Source: Candidatus Binatia bacterium (GTDB lineage: Bacteria; Desulfobacterota; Binatia; Bin18). From it: a DNA stretch of 64,000 bases. The stretch is taken from assembly GCA_963666315.2 (NCBI GenBank), contig CAXXHG010000018.1:110936-174935 (forward strand), read 5' to 3'. The translations under genes and the position numbers were made by a program. Below are positions 29,652-39,445 of the stretch, in pieces (the first letter of the stretch is position 1; the number at the start of each line of letters is the position of its first letter). The notes under the pieces were generated by a model, which searched no databases, was not told where the DNA came from, and was given only the letters and a program-made list of their open reading frames with translations.

Positions 29652-32105
29652 TTATTTTTTTTGTCCGACCATCCAGTAGACTGCTTCGACAATATTCTCA
29701 GTTGCAATTCCGTAGCGGCGATATAAATCATCCTGAGCCCCAGACTGTCCAAACTCGGTCACGCCAAGACAGGTCGTGTGTGTCGATAACGCTCCACCGA
29801 TGAAGGATAAGGTATGAGGGTGGGCGTCGTGTACTGTGACAACCGGAGCGCTTCTCTCAGCAACCGGCACTAGTTCTTCGATCCAGCTTGTCTGCACTTC
29901 TCCGTGCATACGTTCTTGTTGTGTCGTCATATGATTGTGAAACAATACATCAGCGCTGGTGACGTTGAATATATTGGCAAAGATGCCGGACTGCTTGAGC
30001 TGTTGGGCAGCTTTGACCGCTTCTGGAACCATCGCGCCTGAGACAAAGATATGCACTACATTCTCGCCGGGCGTATACCTTGCTTCAGTCTGACAATCAA
30101 TCAGTCGGTAGCCCCCTCGAAGCACCTGCTGGCGAAGGCTGTCTTCACTCTGTGTCGCAAGCACGGCATTAAACAACGCTTGATCTATGGGCTTGGTGGA
30201 TAAGCGCAGATACGCACTCTTGCCATGCTGCCGGTCTTGGAGTTCTGCCAGAGCCGCAAGTAAAATCCACTCGAGTTCAAGCGCAAAAGCCGGTTCATAA
30301 TACGTGACCCCTGGCAATTGGACGCCGATACCCGGAGTAATGAGTGATTGATGCGCTCCCCCTTCCGGACTCAGGCTGATTCCCGACGGGGTCCCAATGA
30401 CAATAAATTTCGCCTGCGAATACGTTGCGTAAATAAAGGCATCCAGCGCTCGGCACACAAACGGATCGTAGACCGTGCCAATCGGGAGGAGAGTTTGACC
30501 ATACAGCTCGTCGGTCAAGCCAAAGGCGGTCAGGGCTAAGAAGAGGTTGTTCTCGGAAATGCCGAGTTCAATATGTCTGCCAGTTGGATCTTCGCGCCAG
30601 TCGATAAGAAGGGAGATACCGGACTCCCCAAAGAAATTCTTCTTCTGGCGGCGGGAGTACACGCCGACTTTGTGAATCCAACCACCCAGATTAGTAGACA
30701 TGGCAACATCAGGAGAAATCGTTACCAAGTAGGGCGCAATCTCGGGCTGACGGCTGAGCGCGAGAAAGATGCGGCCCAAGATGGACTGGGTAGACAGAAC
30801 ACCCTTGTATGTCCCCCCCAATCCGGCAGGAATCTCAATTGAAGGCAGTGCAGACGACTGAGGCCGGCCCACCCGCCAGTCTCCCTCCTCTAGCCGTTCG
30901 TTGATATAGCGGGCCTCTTCGCTCTCTGCAGGAAAAGCGGCGAACTCTTCGCCTTCAGGCACCCCAAGACGTTGGCGTACATCTTCGATCTCCTTCGGCT
31001 TGAGCAACCGAGCGTGATTGGCCGGATGCCCGGCCAGGGGGAGATTCCACCCTTTGATGGTGTAGGCAAAAATGACCACAGGCTGGGTTTCAATGGCAAA
31101 CGCTTGGACGAACGCTTCGAGCACGCGTTCAAGGTCGTGTCCACCGAGATTGGCAAGCAACTCTTTGACTGTGTCTGGCTCGTAGCCGGCCAGGAGCTCG
31201 GCCATGGCCTCATCTCTTTTTCCCCCACGCTGAATCAAGCGGTCTCGAATAACCGACCCGTCTTGGAGCAGCAGGCTCTGGTATTCCTCATTGCTCATCT
31301 CATCGATCTGGGCCTGGAGCTTGAGTCCATACGGTTTACGGAAGATGGTTTCAAGCTTTTTCCCGTATTTAAGATCGATAATATGCCAGCCATTGGCCCG
31401 GAACATTTCTCGAAGTTGCTGGGCACGGCCATCCGGCACGACACGGTCCAAACTTTGACGATTGAGGTCAACAATCCACAACAAGCGCGCCAGGCGCTGC
31501 GTGTAGGCTTCGCCCAGGGCCTCCCAAATATTTCCCTCATCCAGCTCGGCATCGCCGACAAGCGCAATATGCCAACTCGACGCCAAAGCGTCCGACTTCT
31601 CGTTCTTCTTGTTCTCGATCTGTTCAGCATGATCCAGAAGATAATCCCGCACCAAGGCAGCAAAGAGTGGGGCGACCGCCCCTAATCCCACCGATCCGGT
31701 CGAGAAATCGACCTCGTCAGGGTCTTTGGTCCGCGACGGATAGGCCTGGAGGCCTCCGTATTGACGAAACGCTTTAAGCTTTTCTTGGGGCAAGACGCCG
31801 CGCAGGAATTGAATGGCGTGGAAAACCGGCGAAGCATGGGGTTTGATCGAAACGCGATCACCGCAACGCAGGAAATAGAAATACAGGACCGTCAGGAGAG
31901 TCACGACCGAGGCGGAACTCGCCTCATGCCCGCCGACTTTCATCCCGTCTGGATTGGGGCGGACAAAGTTCGCGTAATGCACCATATAGGTCGACAGCCA
32001 CAGGACCCGTTTCTGGATGCGATCGAGCATTTCCAGGTCGTACAGATCCCACTGCTGCTCAGAGGTTTCCGCTCCACTGTCTGTCGATACGTGAGACTCG
32101 CTCAT
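29652..32105 (-). CDS. Pyruvate dehydrogenase E1 (AceE/transketolase-like)
   Basis: KVGGH.ASSAS, KPHASP, STGSVGLG, GDAELDEGN..E TPP motif and EGGAHQS. Confidence 0.88.
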   Translation of the reverse strand: MSESHVSTDSGAETSEQQWDLYDLEMLDRIQKRVLWLSTYMVHYANFVRPNPDGMKVGGHEASSASVVTLLTVLYFYFLRCGDRVSIKPHASPVFHAIQFLRGVLPQEKLKAFRQYGGLQAYPSRTKDPDEVDFSTGSVGLGAVAPLFAALVRDYLLDHAEQIENKKNEKSDALASSWHIALVGDAELDEGNIWEALGEAYTQRLARLLWIVDLNRQSLDRVVPDGRAQQLREMFRANGWHIIDLKYGKKLETIFRKPYGLKLQAQIDEMSNEEYQSLLLQDGSVIRDRLIQRGGKRDEAMAELLAGYEPDTVKELLANLGGHDLERVLEAFVQAFAIETQPVVIFAYTIKGWNLPLAGHPANHARLLKPKEIEDVRQRLGVPEGEEFAAFPAESEEARYINERLEEGDWRVGRPQSSALPSIEIPAGLGGTYKGVLSTQSILGRIFLALSRQPEIAPYLVTISPDVAMSTNLGGWIHKVGVYSRRQKKNFFGESGISLLIDWREDPTGRHIELGISENNLFLALTAFGLTDELYGQTLLPIGTVYDPFVCRALDAFIYATYSQAKFIVIGTPSGISLSPEGGAHQSLITPGIGVQLPGVTYYEPAFALELEWILLAALAELQDRQHGKSAYLRLSTKPIDQALFNAVLATQSEDSLRQQVLRGGYRLIDCQTEARYTPGENVVHIFVSGAMVPEAVKAAQQLKQSGIFANIFNVTSADVLFHNHMTTQQERMHGEVQTSWIEELVPVAERSAPVVTVHDAHPHTLSFIGGALSTHTTCLGVTEFGQSGAQDDLYRRYGIATENIVEAVYWMVGQKK

Positions 32106-32176
32106 AGGTCGCCCTTCTCTCTGGCAAAGAGATCATTCATGAGCAATGGCTGAACACGGATACGAACGGGCTCGCT

Positions 32177-33307
32177 TCAGATGCCGAAGAACTTAGCGGC
32201 GTTCTCACCCAAAATTTTATTGACAGATGACTCTGGCAGACGGCTCAGCGATGTACGCGTTTTCTTCACCGGCTCGGTAAACCCTTCGGCATGCGGATAA
32301 TCCGAACCGACAAAAAATTTACTATCCCCAACCAATTCTACCATATATGGCAGGGTACGTTCGGTCGGGTCGGCAGAGATCCAGATATTCCGCTCAAAGT
32401 ACTCACTTGCCGGGCGTTTCATTTGGGTCGTGTGGCCCATATAGCTGAACCGGTAATCAAGCCGATCAAGCCACTCGGCGACCCAGCCGCTAGCAGATTC
32501 TATCGTTGCCACACGCAGGCGCGGGAAACGCTCGAAGACACCGTCGTAGACCATAGTCGTGAGTGCCATGCGCGGGTCCTGAATCACATTCATGCTCAGG
32601 AACATAAAACCCGGATCACGGTCACAATACCATTCGTTACCGATATATTTTTTGTGGACAACCAGATGGAGGCCAACGGCAATGTCCAAATCTTGCGCCG
32701 TCGCCCAGATAGGATCAAAGTCCACATGGCCAAAGCTCTTGCCCGCTATCGGAAGGGCGCCAACAAAGACACCGCGCAGCCCGTCTTTGGCAAGTTGCTT
32801 GACTTCCTCGACAGCGGCGGCAGGATGACGCAACGAAATATGTCCGAGTGGATACAGCCGATCCGAGTGTCCCTGACACATCTCCACCGCCCAACGGTTA
32901 TAGGCACGACAATGGGCCGCAGCCAGTTCCGGGTCTTCGACCAGATCCTCCCAGAACAGGCCGAGAGTGGGATAAATGAATTGGCTCTCGATACCCTCGC
33001 TATCAAGAAATTGGAGTCGTGTGTCCATATCCCCAAGCGAATGACTGAAAGCTGCAGCCGGATCAAAGGACTTCAGGCCCTGGCCGGCTTCTTTTTGTCC
33101 ATAACCCACGGCAACACCAAGGAGTTCTTCTATACTGAGATCGCCCGAATGGTCGATCTTGAAATCTTCAACCACAATTGCGTAGCGGTCATTTTTAGGG
33201 TCTTGTTCAAACCGCAAGCAGCGAGAACGATATTTCGGGTCGATATACTGCTCCCACAAATCAAGCGGTTCCATGAAATGACTGTCAGCATCAATAATGC
33301 GCGTCAT
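32177..33307 (-). CDS. Amidohydrolase_2 family protein
   Basis: IIDADSH, IYPT, AYNRW, ERFP.L and GSDYPH. Confidence 0.9.
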   Translation of the reverse strand: MTRIIDADSHFMEPLDLWEQYIDPKYRSRCLRFEQDPKNDRYAIVVEDFKIDHSGDLSIEELLGVAVGYGQKEAGQGLKSFDPAAAFSHSLGDMDTRLQFLDSEGIESQFIYPTLGLFWEDLVEDPELAAAHCRAYNRWAVEMCQGHSDRLYPLGHISLRHPAAAVEEVKQLAKDGLRGVFVGALPIAGKSFGHVDFDPIWATAQDLDIAVGLHLVVHKKYIGNEWYCDRDPGFMFLSMNVIQDPRMALTTMVYDGVFERFPRLRVATIESASGWVAEWLDRLDYRFSYMGHTTQMKRPASEYFERNIWISADPTERTLPYMVELVGDSKFFVGSDYPHAEGFTEPVKKTRTSLSRLPESSVNKILGENAAKFFGI

Positions 33308-33319
33308 AGTGCCTCTACT

Positions 33320-34198
33320 CTAAACGTTCCCGACTTCTCTCATCGTCGCGACAAACTGCTTTACCTGCCCAAAGAGTTCGTCGGGCTGGTCCGTAGTCGT
33401 CAGCATATATAACCCTTGTACTCCTGCTGCTTGATACGCTTGCGCTTCTGCGACAGAGACATGCGCGCCCACAAGCGTTGTAATCTCCAACTGAGTAGCA
33501 TCGCGCCCGGCCTCTTCCATCAGAGACTGCAGTGTCTCACATTTGTTTTGGATAGCATCCGGAGACAGAAAGACTGGCTGCCAGCCGTCTCCCCAACGCG
33601 CCACGCGGCGTAGCGCGGGCAGAGTATTGCCACCAATCCAAATCGGAGGATGCGGTTTTTGAACGGGCTGAGGTCCAAAATTTACATCGCGATCAATCGT
33701 TCCGTACGCTGTGCTCAGACGTGGATGCTCATCCGTCCACAGCGTTTTCATCACATTGAGACAGTCTTCGCTCAACGCGGCGCGATCGGCGAATGGGACA
33801 CCCAGAAACTCGAATTCGTCCTTCAGCCAGCCTATCCCTACCCCGCAGATAATACGTCCGCCAGACAAACGATCCAGCGTCGTGAGCATCTTGGTCACCG
33901 CCACCGGATGGCGATACGGTAGGATAATCACGCTCACTCCCAATCGCACTCGGGTCGTAATTGCAGCCAGAAATGCCAGGGTTGTGAAACAGTCCGGCCA
34001 ATCATGCTCCTGGTATACATGCCAGGGCGGATTATCCATTTTCAGTGGGAACGGGGTCCGAATTTTTCGTGCCGGCAGGACATGGTCACCAATTAAGATA
34101 GCCTCACAGCCCAGTTCTTCCACTAATTGAGCCATCTCCCGCAACACCGCAGGATCAGTCACCGCCGCCCCGCTATTCACGTGTATTCCGTATTGCAT
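33320..34198 (-). CDS. LLM-class F420-type oxidoreductase
   Basis: GDH, RLGVSVIILPYRHP, LDRLSGGR, GIGWLKDEF and PVQKPHPPIWIGG. Confidence 0.9.
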   Translation of the reverse strand: MQYGIHVNSGAAVTDPAVLREMAQLVEELGCEAILIGDHVLPARKIRTPFPLKMDNPPWHVYQEHDWPDCFTTLAFLAAITTRVRLGVSVIILPYRHPVAVTKMLTTLDRLSGGRIICGVGIGWLKDEFEFLGVPFADRAALSEDCLNVMKTLWTDEHPRLSTAYGTIDRDVNFGPQPVQKPHPPIWIGGNTLPALRRVARWGDGWQPVFLSPDAIQNKCETLQSLMEEAGRDATQLEITTLVGAHVSVAEAQAYQAAGVQGLYMLTTTDQPDELFGQVKQFVATMREVGNV

Positions 34199-34278
34199 AC
34201 GTCCCCTCTTTTGTTTCTCTGAGTAAAGAGTCAGCCTGGACGTTAACGCGGAGCGCCAGACAGGGTCAAGGGAAAAGA

Positions 34279-34698
34279 TTAAATAAAGAGATCAGAAGAG
34301 ATTTTGCGATACGTGGTCCAGCTCAGCGTATTAAGGACGGGAAACAGAAACCCAAGAATGCGGCCCAACGAGACGGCTTCAAACGCGCAAATCGCCACAT
34401 AGCCGAGAACAAGAAACCAGCCTACTCCATAGGCAAGAAAGGGACCCGAAGTGGGATACGTGTATGCAATTTCTCCTCCGGCAACCGGCAGCATAGTAGC
34501 CAGCTCCGCGTAGCACAGGCCAATAAGAATAATCAGTCCTGCGCTGCCAAGAAAGGCAAGACTCGTGCCCAACGGACCGGCGCTTTGGAGCCAGTCGCCG
34601 ACCACAATCATCCAGCCCACGCCAATAATAGAACCAAAGGCGATGGCAAAAAAGCTAAACGGCCCGAGGTGTTTCTTGAGGATAGAGGTTTCAGTCAC
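34279..34698 (-). pseudogene. APC-family amino acid permease, N-terminal fragment only
   Basis: LKKHLG..IAFGSIIGVGW, AGP and YAELATMLPVAGGE; ends after 139 aa. Confidence 0.8.
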
Positions 34699-34838
34699 AC
34701 TAGCGGTCTGTCACAGATCCCTCTGAGGGGAAACCCACCCTGGCGCTACACGCCACCCCTCCAAGGAGGCGATTATGCGGAACTTGACAGCTTTCTCGAA
34801 GTCGCCTCTTCTCGTGTTGTGAGGGAGGTACGCCGCCC

Positions 34839-34973
34839 TCAGGGGCGCGATTGTTTTTTCTTCTTAGATGGGACACTCAAGAGCCCGGTGAGGACCTGCT
34901 CAAAATCCAGCGGAGCTCCAGGAGCGGCAAGCCGGGGAGTGGCGCCGGAGGGCGGCGGCGCCTTCTTTTTCAT
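34839..34973 (-). CDS. 44-aa passenger peptide of the IS1595 element
   Basis: AGGAGG RBS right after the transposase stop; MKKKAPPPSGATPRLAAPGAPLDFEQVLTGLLSVPSKKKKQSRP. Confidence 0.5.
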   Translation of the reverse strand: MKKKAPPPSGATPRLAAPGAPLDFEQVLTGLLSVPSKKKKQSRP

Positions 34974-34988
34974 CGGAGGCCCTCCTGG

Positions 34989-35861
34989 CTACCCGGCGAT
35001 CAGCACCCGCTCAAACAAGTGGGGATCGGTGCGGTAATTATGCCGAAAGGTGAACTCATTGAGGTAAAACGGCAAGTAGCGCTGAGACACATGATGAAAC
35101 GCGCCCATGATCCCGCGCTTGAGGAGCGACCAGAAGCTCTCAATGGTCTGGGTGTGGACCGGCCCGCGTACATATTCCCCCGCGCCGTGGCGGACGGTAT
35201 CATGCCGATAACCGGCGTCGGCTAGGTGACGGTAGCCCGAGTGCTCATCGGTCACGACCAAGTCCGCGTGGAGGGACACCGTCGCGGTAACGAAGCCCTG
35301 CAAAGTCGGGGTGTCCGGTGTGCTGATGACTTTCGCCACCACGAGCCCCTGGCGGGCCAGAGCGCCGATCACCGGAATTTTCCCTGCCGTCCCGTTAAGG
35401 GGCCGGCGTTTGGCTTTTGGCTGGTTCCGCTCTTTGCCGCCCACATACGTTTCATCGACTTCCACCTGCCCCACCAGCTGGGGGACGGCCTCCGTCGTCA
35501 TCGCCGCCCGGATCCGGCGACACATCGACCACGTCGTGCGGTACGACCCCGACCCGATCATCCGATGAATTTGCAGCGCACTCATCCCCTTTTTACTCTG
35601 ACATAGCAGATAGATCACCTTGAACCAGATTGTCAGGGGATACTTCGTATTCTCGAACAGCGTGCCCACCAACGGCGAGAAGCGGTATCCCTGCTTGTTG
35701 CACTGCTTACATTGCCACTTCCAGGCCCGGGACACTTTATAGACCTTGGCGCTCTGACACCGCGCGCACCGCACCCCCGTCGGCCAGCGCAGGCCTACGA
35801 GATAGGCTAGACATTGCTCCTCGGTCCTAAACTGCTCCTCCAGTTCTTGTAATGTCAGCAT
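34989..35861 (-). CDS. IS1595 (ISXO2-like) DDE transposase
   Basis: Zn ribbon CARC..CKQC, VEVDETYVGG, VTDE..GY, HTQTIESFWSLLKR and YLNEF.FR. Likely start at 35861. Confidence 0.93.
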   Translation of the reverse strand: MLTLQELEEQFRTEEQCLAYLVGLRWPTGVRCARCQSAKVYKVSRAWKWQCKQCNKQGYRFSPLVGTLFENTKYPLTIWFKVIYLLCQSKKGMSALQIHRMIGSGSYRTTWSMCRRIRAAMTTEAVPQLVGQVEVDETYVGGKERNQPKAKRRPLNGTAGKIPVIGALARQGLVVAKVISTPDTPTLQGFVTATVSLHADLVVTDEHSGYRHLADAGYRHDTVRHGAGEYVRGPVHTQTIESFWSLLKRGIMGAFHHVSQRYLPFYLNEFTFRHNYRTDPHLFERVLIAG

Positions 35862-35969
35862 TCCCCTACTTGAGCACAGCATGGCCTTGGTGTCATGCTG
35901 TGCATACTGGCCTCCTTGGAGGCTGACAAGGGTAGGTAAAAGCACGTAAGTTGCTGAACTTCCCCGCCT

Positions 35970-36076
35970 GTAGCCTGGATGAAGCGGAGTGAAATCCGAG
36001 ACCCGCGTAGGGGCAAAGCATTTCTCAGTAATCCGAACGTCCTGGTGGCAAGTCGACAGAAATGCTTTGCCCCTAC
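35970..36076. repeat. GTAG-family REP cluster, including an inverted pair at 36007-36076
   Basis: GTAGCCTGGATGAAGCGGAGTGAAATCCGAG and GTAGGGGCAAAGCATTTCT...AGAAATGCTTTGCCCCTAC. Confidence 0.8.
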
Positions 36077-36079
36077 CGA

Positions 36080-37120
36080 CTACCGATATAACGGTTTCAG
36101 ATCTTGCGCGAGTTCCGCTAAGTCCGGTGGTCCGACAATGAGACCGTCTTTGACAATTTGCTCATCGTCAAGCCAGAGCGATTGCTTGGACAGCACTGCG
36201 TCTGGATGGTTCTCTCCGCCACCCGGCATCCAAAAGGGGAGTCCTAAGCCTACCGCGTTATAGCCCGGCACACGCTGGTCCTCAAGAAAGCAATTTCCCG
36301 TATATCGCGCAGCAGGATGGATGCCGCAGGTGAAATGAATGATATATCCGAGCCCTTCGCCGCTGGCCCGTTTCAGCGACCGTTCGAGCACGGCTCCTTC
36401 GGCTACGCCACCCGAAATGTCTTGGACTGTTCCGTCTATGGTCAGACTAATAGGCTCTTCCAATGGCGTGTAGTATTCGTGGAATACGGTATCGAATTTC
36501 ACAACGCCTTTGACCGAGTCCTCCTTGGGCATAATCATAACCGTACCTGGTACAAACAGGGCGCCCGGTCCGTTGGCCCGGCATGTTCCCATGGCCATGG
36601 GCTCCCCAACAGTGAAAGTCACATCCGTACCAACCCGATTGGTAATACGGCCCTGGGCGCCTTTCTTTTCCACGAGTAAGGCATCAAAGGCTTCGGTTAC
36701 GGCAAAGAGTTTGTCTAAATCGACTTTAGCGAAGAGTCTCACCATAGACTCGGCATTCAATCCCGCTGCCAGATAGTAACGCGTGCGCTTATTCTCCATG
36801 GCCTCATCAAACGCGTGCGAGCCCGCCATATACGGGAAGTTGAGATCTATCCACACGTCGCAGTTCTTGACCGCCGCTCGGACTGGGTCAGAAATATACG
36901 GATCACCCAGTGCACCCTGAAACGGTAATTGTGGAGAAATGAGTAGGGCGACCGGCGTATCAAGATTACGCGCTGCATTTTGAATGGCCTCGACTGTACG
37001 CATATCTGAGGCCGTATCAGCAGTGATAAGGACAGTCTCACCCGACTGCACCAACAGGACTTCGCGGATCATCGCTCCTGCCGCTTGCGCGAGTTCCGGA
37101 CCAAGATTTGAGATCAACAT
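36080..37120 (-). CDS. Distant NicX-like / M29-fold metalloenzyme
   Basis: GETVLITADT, GTDVTF, IHFTCG and NHPD give a His/His/Asp arrangement as in 20991-22043. Confidence 0.75.
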   Translation of the reverse strand: MLISNLGPELAQAAGAMIREVLLVQSGETVLITADTASDMRTVEAIQNAARNLDTPVALLISPQLPFQGALGDPYISDPVRAAVKNCDVWIDLNFPYMAGSHAFDEAMENKRTRYYLAAGLNAESMVRLFAKVDLDKLFAVTEAFDALLVEKKGAQGRITNRVGTDVTFTVGEPMAMGTCRANGPGALFVPGTVMIMPKEDSVKGVVKFDTVFHEYYTPLEEPISLTIDGTVQDISGGVAEGAVLERSLKRASGEGLGYIIHFTCGIHPAARYTGNCFLEDQRVPGYNAVGLGLPFWMPGGGENHPDAVLSKQSLWLDDEQIVKDGLIVGPPDLAELAQDLKPLYR

Positions 37121-37167
37121 GGCACGCTCCTTTTGTTGCCCTTCTTGGCTCTTTTGCCCATGTATAT

Positions 37168-38334
37168 TTACTCGGCGTCAAGGCGTTCGAGATAGTAATT
37201 GGCAATGCTGTGTATGGCGACCTCAAATCGGGACATCGGACCAGGCCGGAAATACTTGGACGACACGCCCTGCTGCAGCGATTTAATCATCAGAATATCC
37301 TCGGACAAAAATTCCTTGAGGAAGTCGTCGTAGACCTGCACCCGCTGCTGAAAGTCGGGTAGATCGAAATGCTGCTTGGGAAACAGCTGATAGGAGATGC
37401 CAACGGTTTTATCAACGCTTTCTCCTGGCCATACAGTCATAAAGCACAGGAAGTCATGGCGTGGGAACCACGGGATATTGGGACGCAGAAGGCTTGAATA
37501 TCCACCTTCAGCCAATTTGCCTGAAATCCACGGAATCGTTCCGAACAACGAGTCCCCATTCGGGGCTAAGGTCTTACCCTTAAAATAGCTGTGATACCCG
37601 CCGCGCACCGGCCGAAACTCGTACGATTCAAGCGGCTGCCAGGGCCCAAAGGTATTCACGTGCAGCACCGCGATATGGTAGATATCAGTCAGATTCTCGT
37701 TAACAAACTTCCAGTTACAATCCAATTCAAACGAGAATTTACTGGCCAGCCGAAAGTCCTCGTACCGATACGGCTTATAGGTCTGGGGAAAGTCGACTTC
37801 GTTCAACACATCCATAAGGTCCGGCGCATCAGGATCAAAATTCACAAACAAGAATCCTGCCCAGGTATCCACCCGGAGCGGCACAAGGCCGAAATCAGCA
37901 GTATCAAAGCCTTCCATTTCCTCGGAGTACGGTGCGTTGACCAACTTGCCCTGCAGGTCATAGGTCCAGCCATGGTAGGGACACGAAAATGCCTGCTGAC
38001 AGCCCTTGCCAAAAGGCGTGCCACTATCGGATTCGCCAAAAGCAACCTGGGTACCCCGGTGTCGGCACACGTTTGAGAACGCTCTGAGCTCCCCAGCCGC
38101 GTCTTTACAGACCACGATCGGTTCGCCGGCCACCCGGAAGGTCAAGTAATCGCCGGGTTGGTCGAGTTCTTCAACCCGTCCCATACACAGCCACTCTTTT
38201 TGGAAGATACGTTCTTTCTCTCGCTCGTATATCTCAGGCGAGGTATAGAAGTACGCTGGCATATGGCGAGCCTGGGAAAGCGTTTTTTGTGTTCGAGCCG
38301 CCCCCTCGTTCACAAGTTGTGGGAGTAATGTCAT
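37168..38334 (-). CDS. Rieske oxygenase alpha subunit
   Basis: CRH..CPYH, ENLTDIYHIAVLH and SED; paralog of 22098-23258. Confidence 0.92.
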   Translation of the reverse strand: MTLLPQLVNEGAARTQKTLSQARHMPAYFYTSPEIYEREKERIFQKEWLCMGRVEELDQPGDYLTFRVAGEPIVVCKDAAGELRAFSNVCRHRGTQVAFGESDSGTPFGKGCQQAFSCPYHGWTYDLQGKLVNAPYSEEMEGFDTADFGLVPLRVDTWAGFLFVNFDPDAPDLMDVLNEVDFPQTYKPYRYEDFRLASKFSFELDCNWKFVNENLTDIYHIAVLHVNTFGPWQPLESYEFRPVRGGYHSYFKGKTLAPNGDSLFGTIPWISGKLAEGGYSSLLRPNIPWFPRHDFLCFMTVWPGESVDKTVGISYQLFPKQHFDLPDFQQRVQVYDDFLKEFLSEDILMIKSLQQGVSSKYFRPGPMSRFEVAIHSIANYYLERLDAE

Positions 38335-38382
38335 ATGAATTCTCCTCTTTTTTGTCCACTAGCAGACATTCGGGCCTCGCTG

Positions 38383-39408
38383 TCAAGCTCTGACGTGCTC
38401 CTCAGCCAGACATGCTTGAATGGCCTTGTCGATAAAGGCCATATCGGTTGGATTCACGCCCATACCGGCGTAGTGCCCCCAGACGGATGGGATGGGCTTT
38501 AACTTGGCATGGGGCATACAGGCGACTTCAGCTTCACTATCCTCAGGCGGGAAATACAGATCGGTTTGACATGGCATAACAACGGCTTTGGCTTTGATTG
38601 AAGCGAGCGCCTTCTCGTGATCGCCGTCGAACCCTGGAGTCTCCCCTACGTTGTGTGTTTGCCAGGTTTTCACCTGAGACAGATAGTTGTTCACATCGCG
38701 CTGCAGAAAGCGTCCTTCCAAAGCGTTGACCATAAAGTCCTCGACCGTTGGATGGCCCAGTTCTTTGTAAAGCTCTTGACGATACCATGCCTGTGAAAAT
38801 CCCCAGCCAGAATAAACTCGGGCCATGGCTCGGAGTGCGCGTAAAGGCGGTTGGGTGTACAGCCCTCCCTCCCAAGCAGGATCAAGCTTGGGCACGCTGG
38901 CCATGCCCTCAAGAAATGCCCAGGTATGCGCCGTGGTCCGGGCGTGTCCGCACCACGGCGCAATACGTTCCATCATATCGGGATAGCTGACTGCCCACTG
39001 AAAGGTCTGCTGGGCGCCCATGGAATAGCCAGATACCATCTTGAGTCTCTTGATCTTCAGTTCTTCAGTGAGCAGCGTGTATTGCGCGCGGACATTATCC
39101 CGAATCGCAACGTGCGGAAAATACGGACCATTCTGCGGCTGCGGCGTATTACTCGGCGATGACGACAGACCGTTGGCAAACATATTGGTTGCAATGACAA
39201 AATATTTTGAAGGGTCAAAGCAGCGGCCTTTTTTGATGAGGGGTTCGTAGCCTTGGTGGGTTCCCGCAATATACGAACACAGCAGGATGGCGTTACTCTT
39301 TCGACTGCTCAGTTTGCCGTAGGTTTTGTAGGCCAGCTTCGCATCGTGAAGGATCATCCCGCCTTCGAGTGGAAAGTTGCCGAGAGAAAAATTTGTATAA
39401 TCAGCCAT
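38383..39408 (-). CDS. Homoserine O-acetyltransferase-like alpha/beta hydrolase
   Basis: LAYKTYG.L, GYSMGAQQ nucleophile, DLYFPP and WGH. Confidence 0.85.
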   Translation of the reverse strand: MADYTNFSLGNFPLEGGMILHDAKLAYKTYGKLSSRKSNAILLCSYIAGTHQGYEPLIKKGRCFDPSKYFVIATNMFANGLSSSPSNTPQPQNGPYFPHVAIRDNVRAQYTLLTEELKIKRLKMVSGYSMGAQQTFQWAVSYPDMMERIAPWCGHARTTAHTWAFLEGMASVPKLDPAWEGGLYTQPPLRALRAMARVYSGWGFSQAWYRQELYKELGHPTVEDFMVNALEGRFLQRDVNNYLSQVKTWQTHNVGETPGFDGDHEKALASIKAKAVVMPCQTDLYFPPEDSEAEVACMPHAKLKPIPSVWGHYAGMGVNPTDMAFIDKAIQACLAEEHVRA

Positions 39409-39445
39409 ATGCGCCCTTCTATCTCCTCCAGCCCATCAAGCTTAT

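Larger units (their letters stand above)
34768..35965 (-). mobile_element. IS1595-family insertion sequence (ISNwi1-like ends)
   Basis: Contains the transposase. Imperfect TIRs GGCGATTATGCGGAACTT (left) and GGGGAAGTTCAGCAACTT (right, reverse complement). No clear target duplication. Confidence 0.75.

Noticed and set aside
32291-33412. Long antisense ORFs (373 aa here; also 30972-31685, 9725-10387 and 52508-53179)
   Set aside because: They are shadows of well-supported genes on the opposite strand or in another frame, with no motifs.
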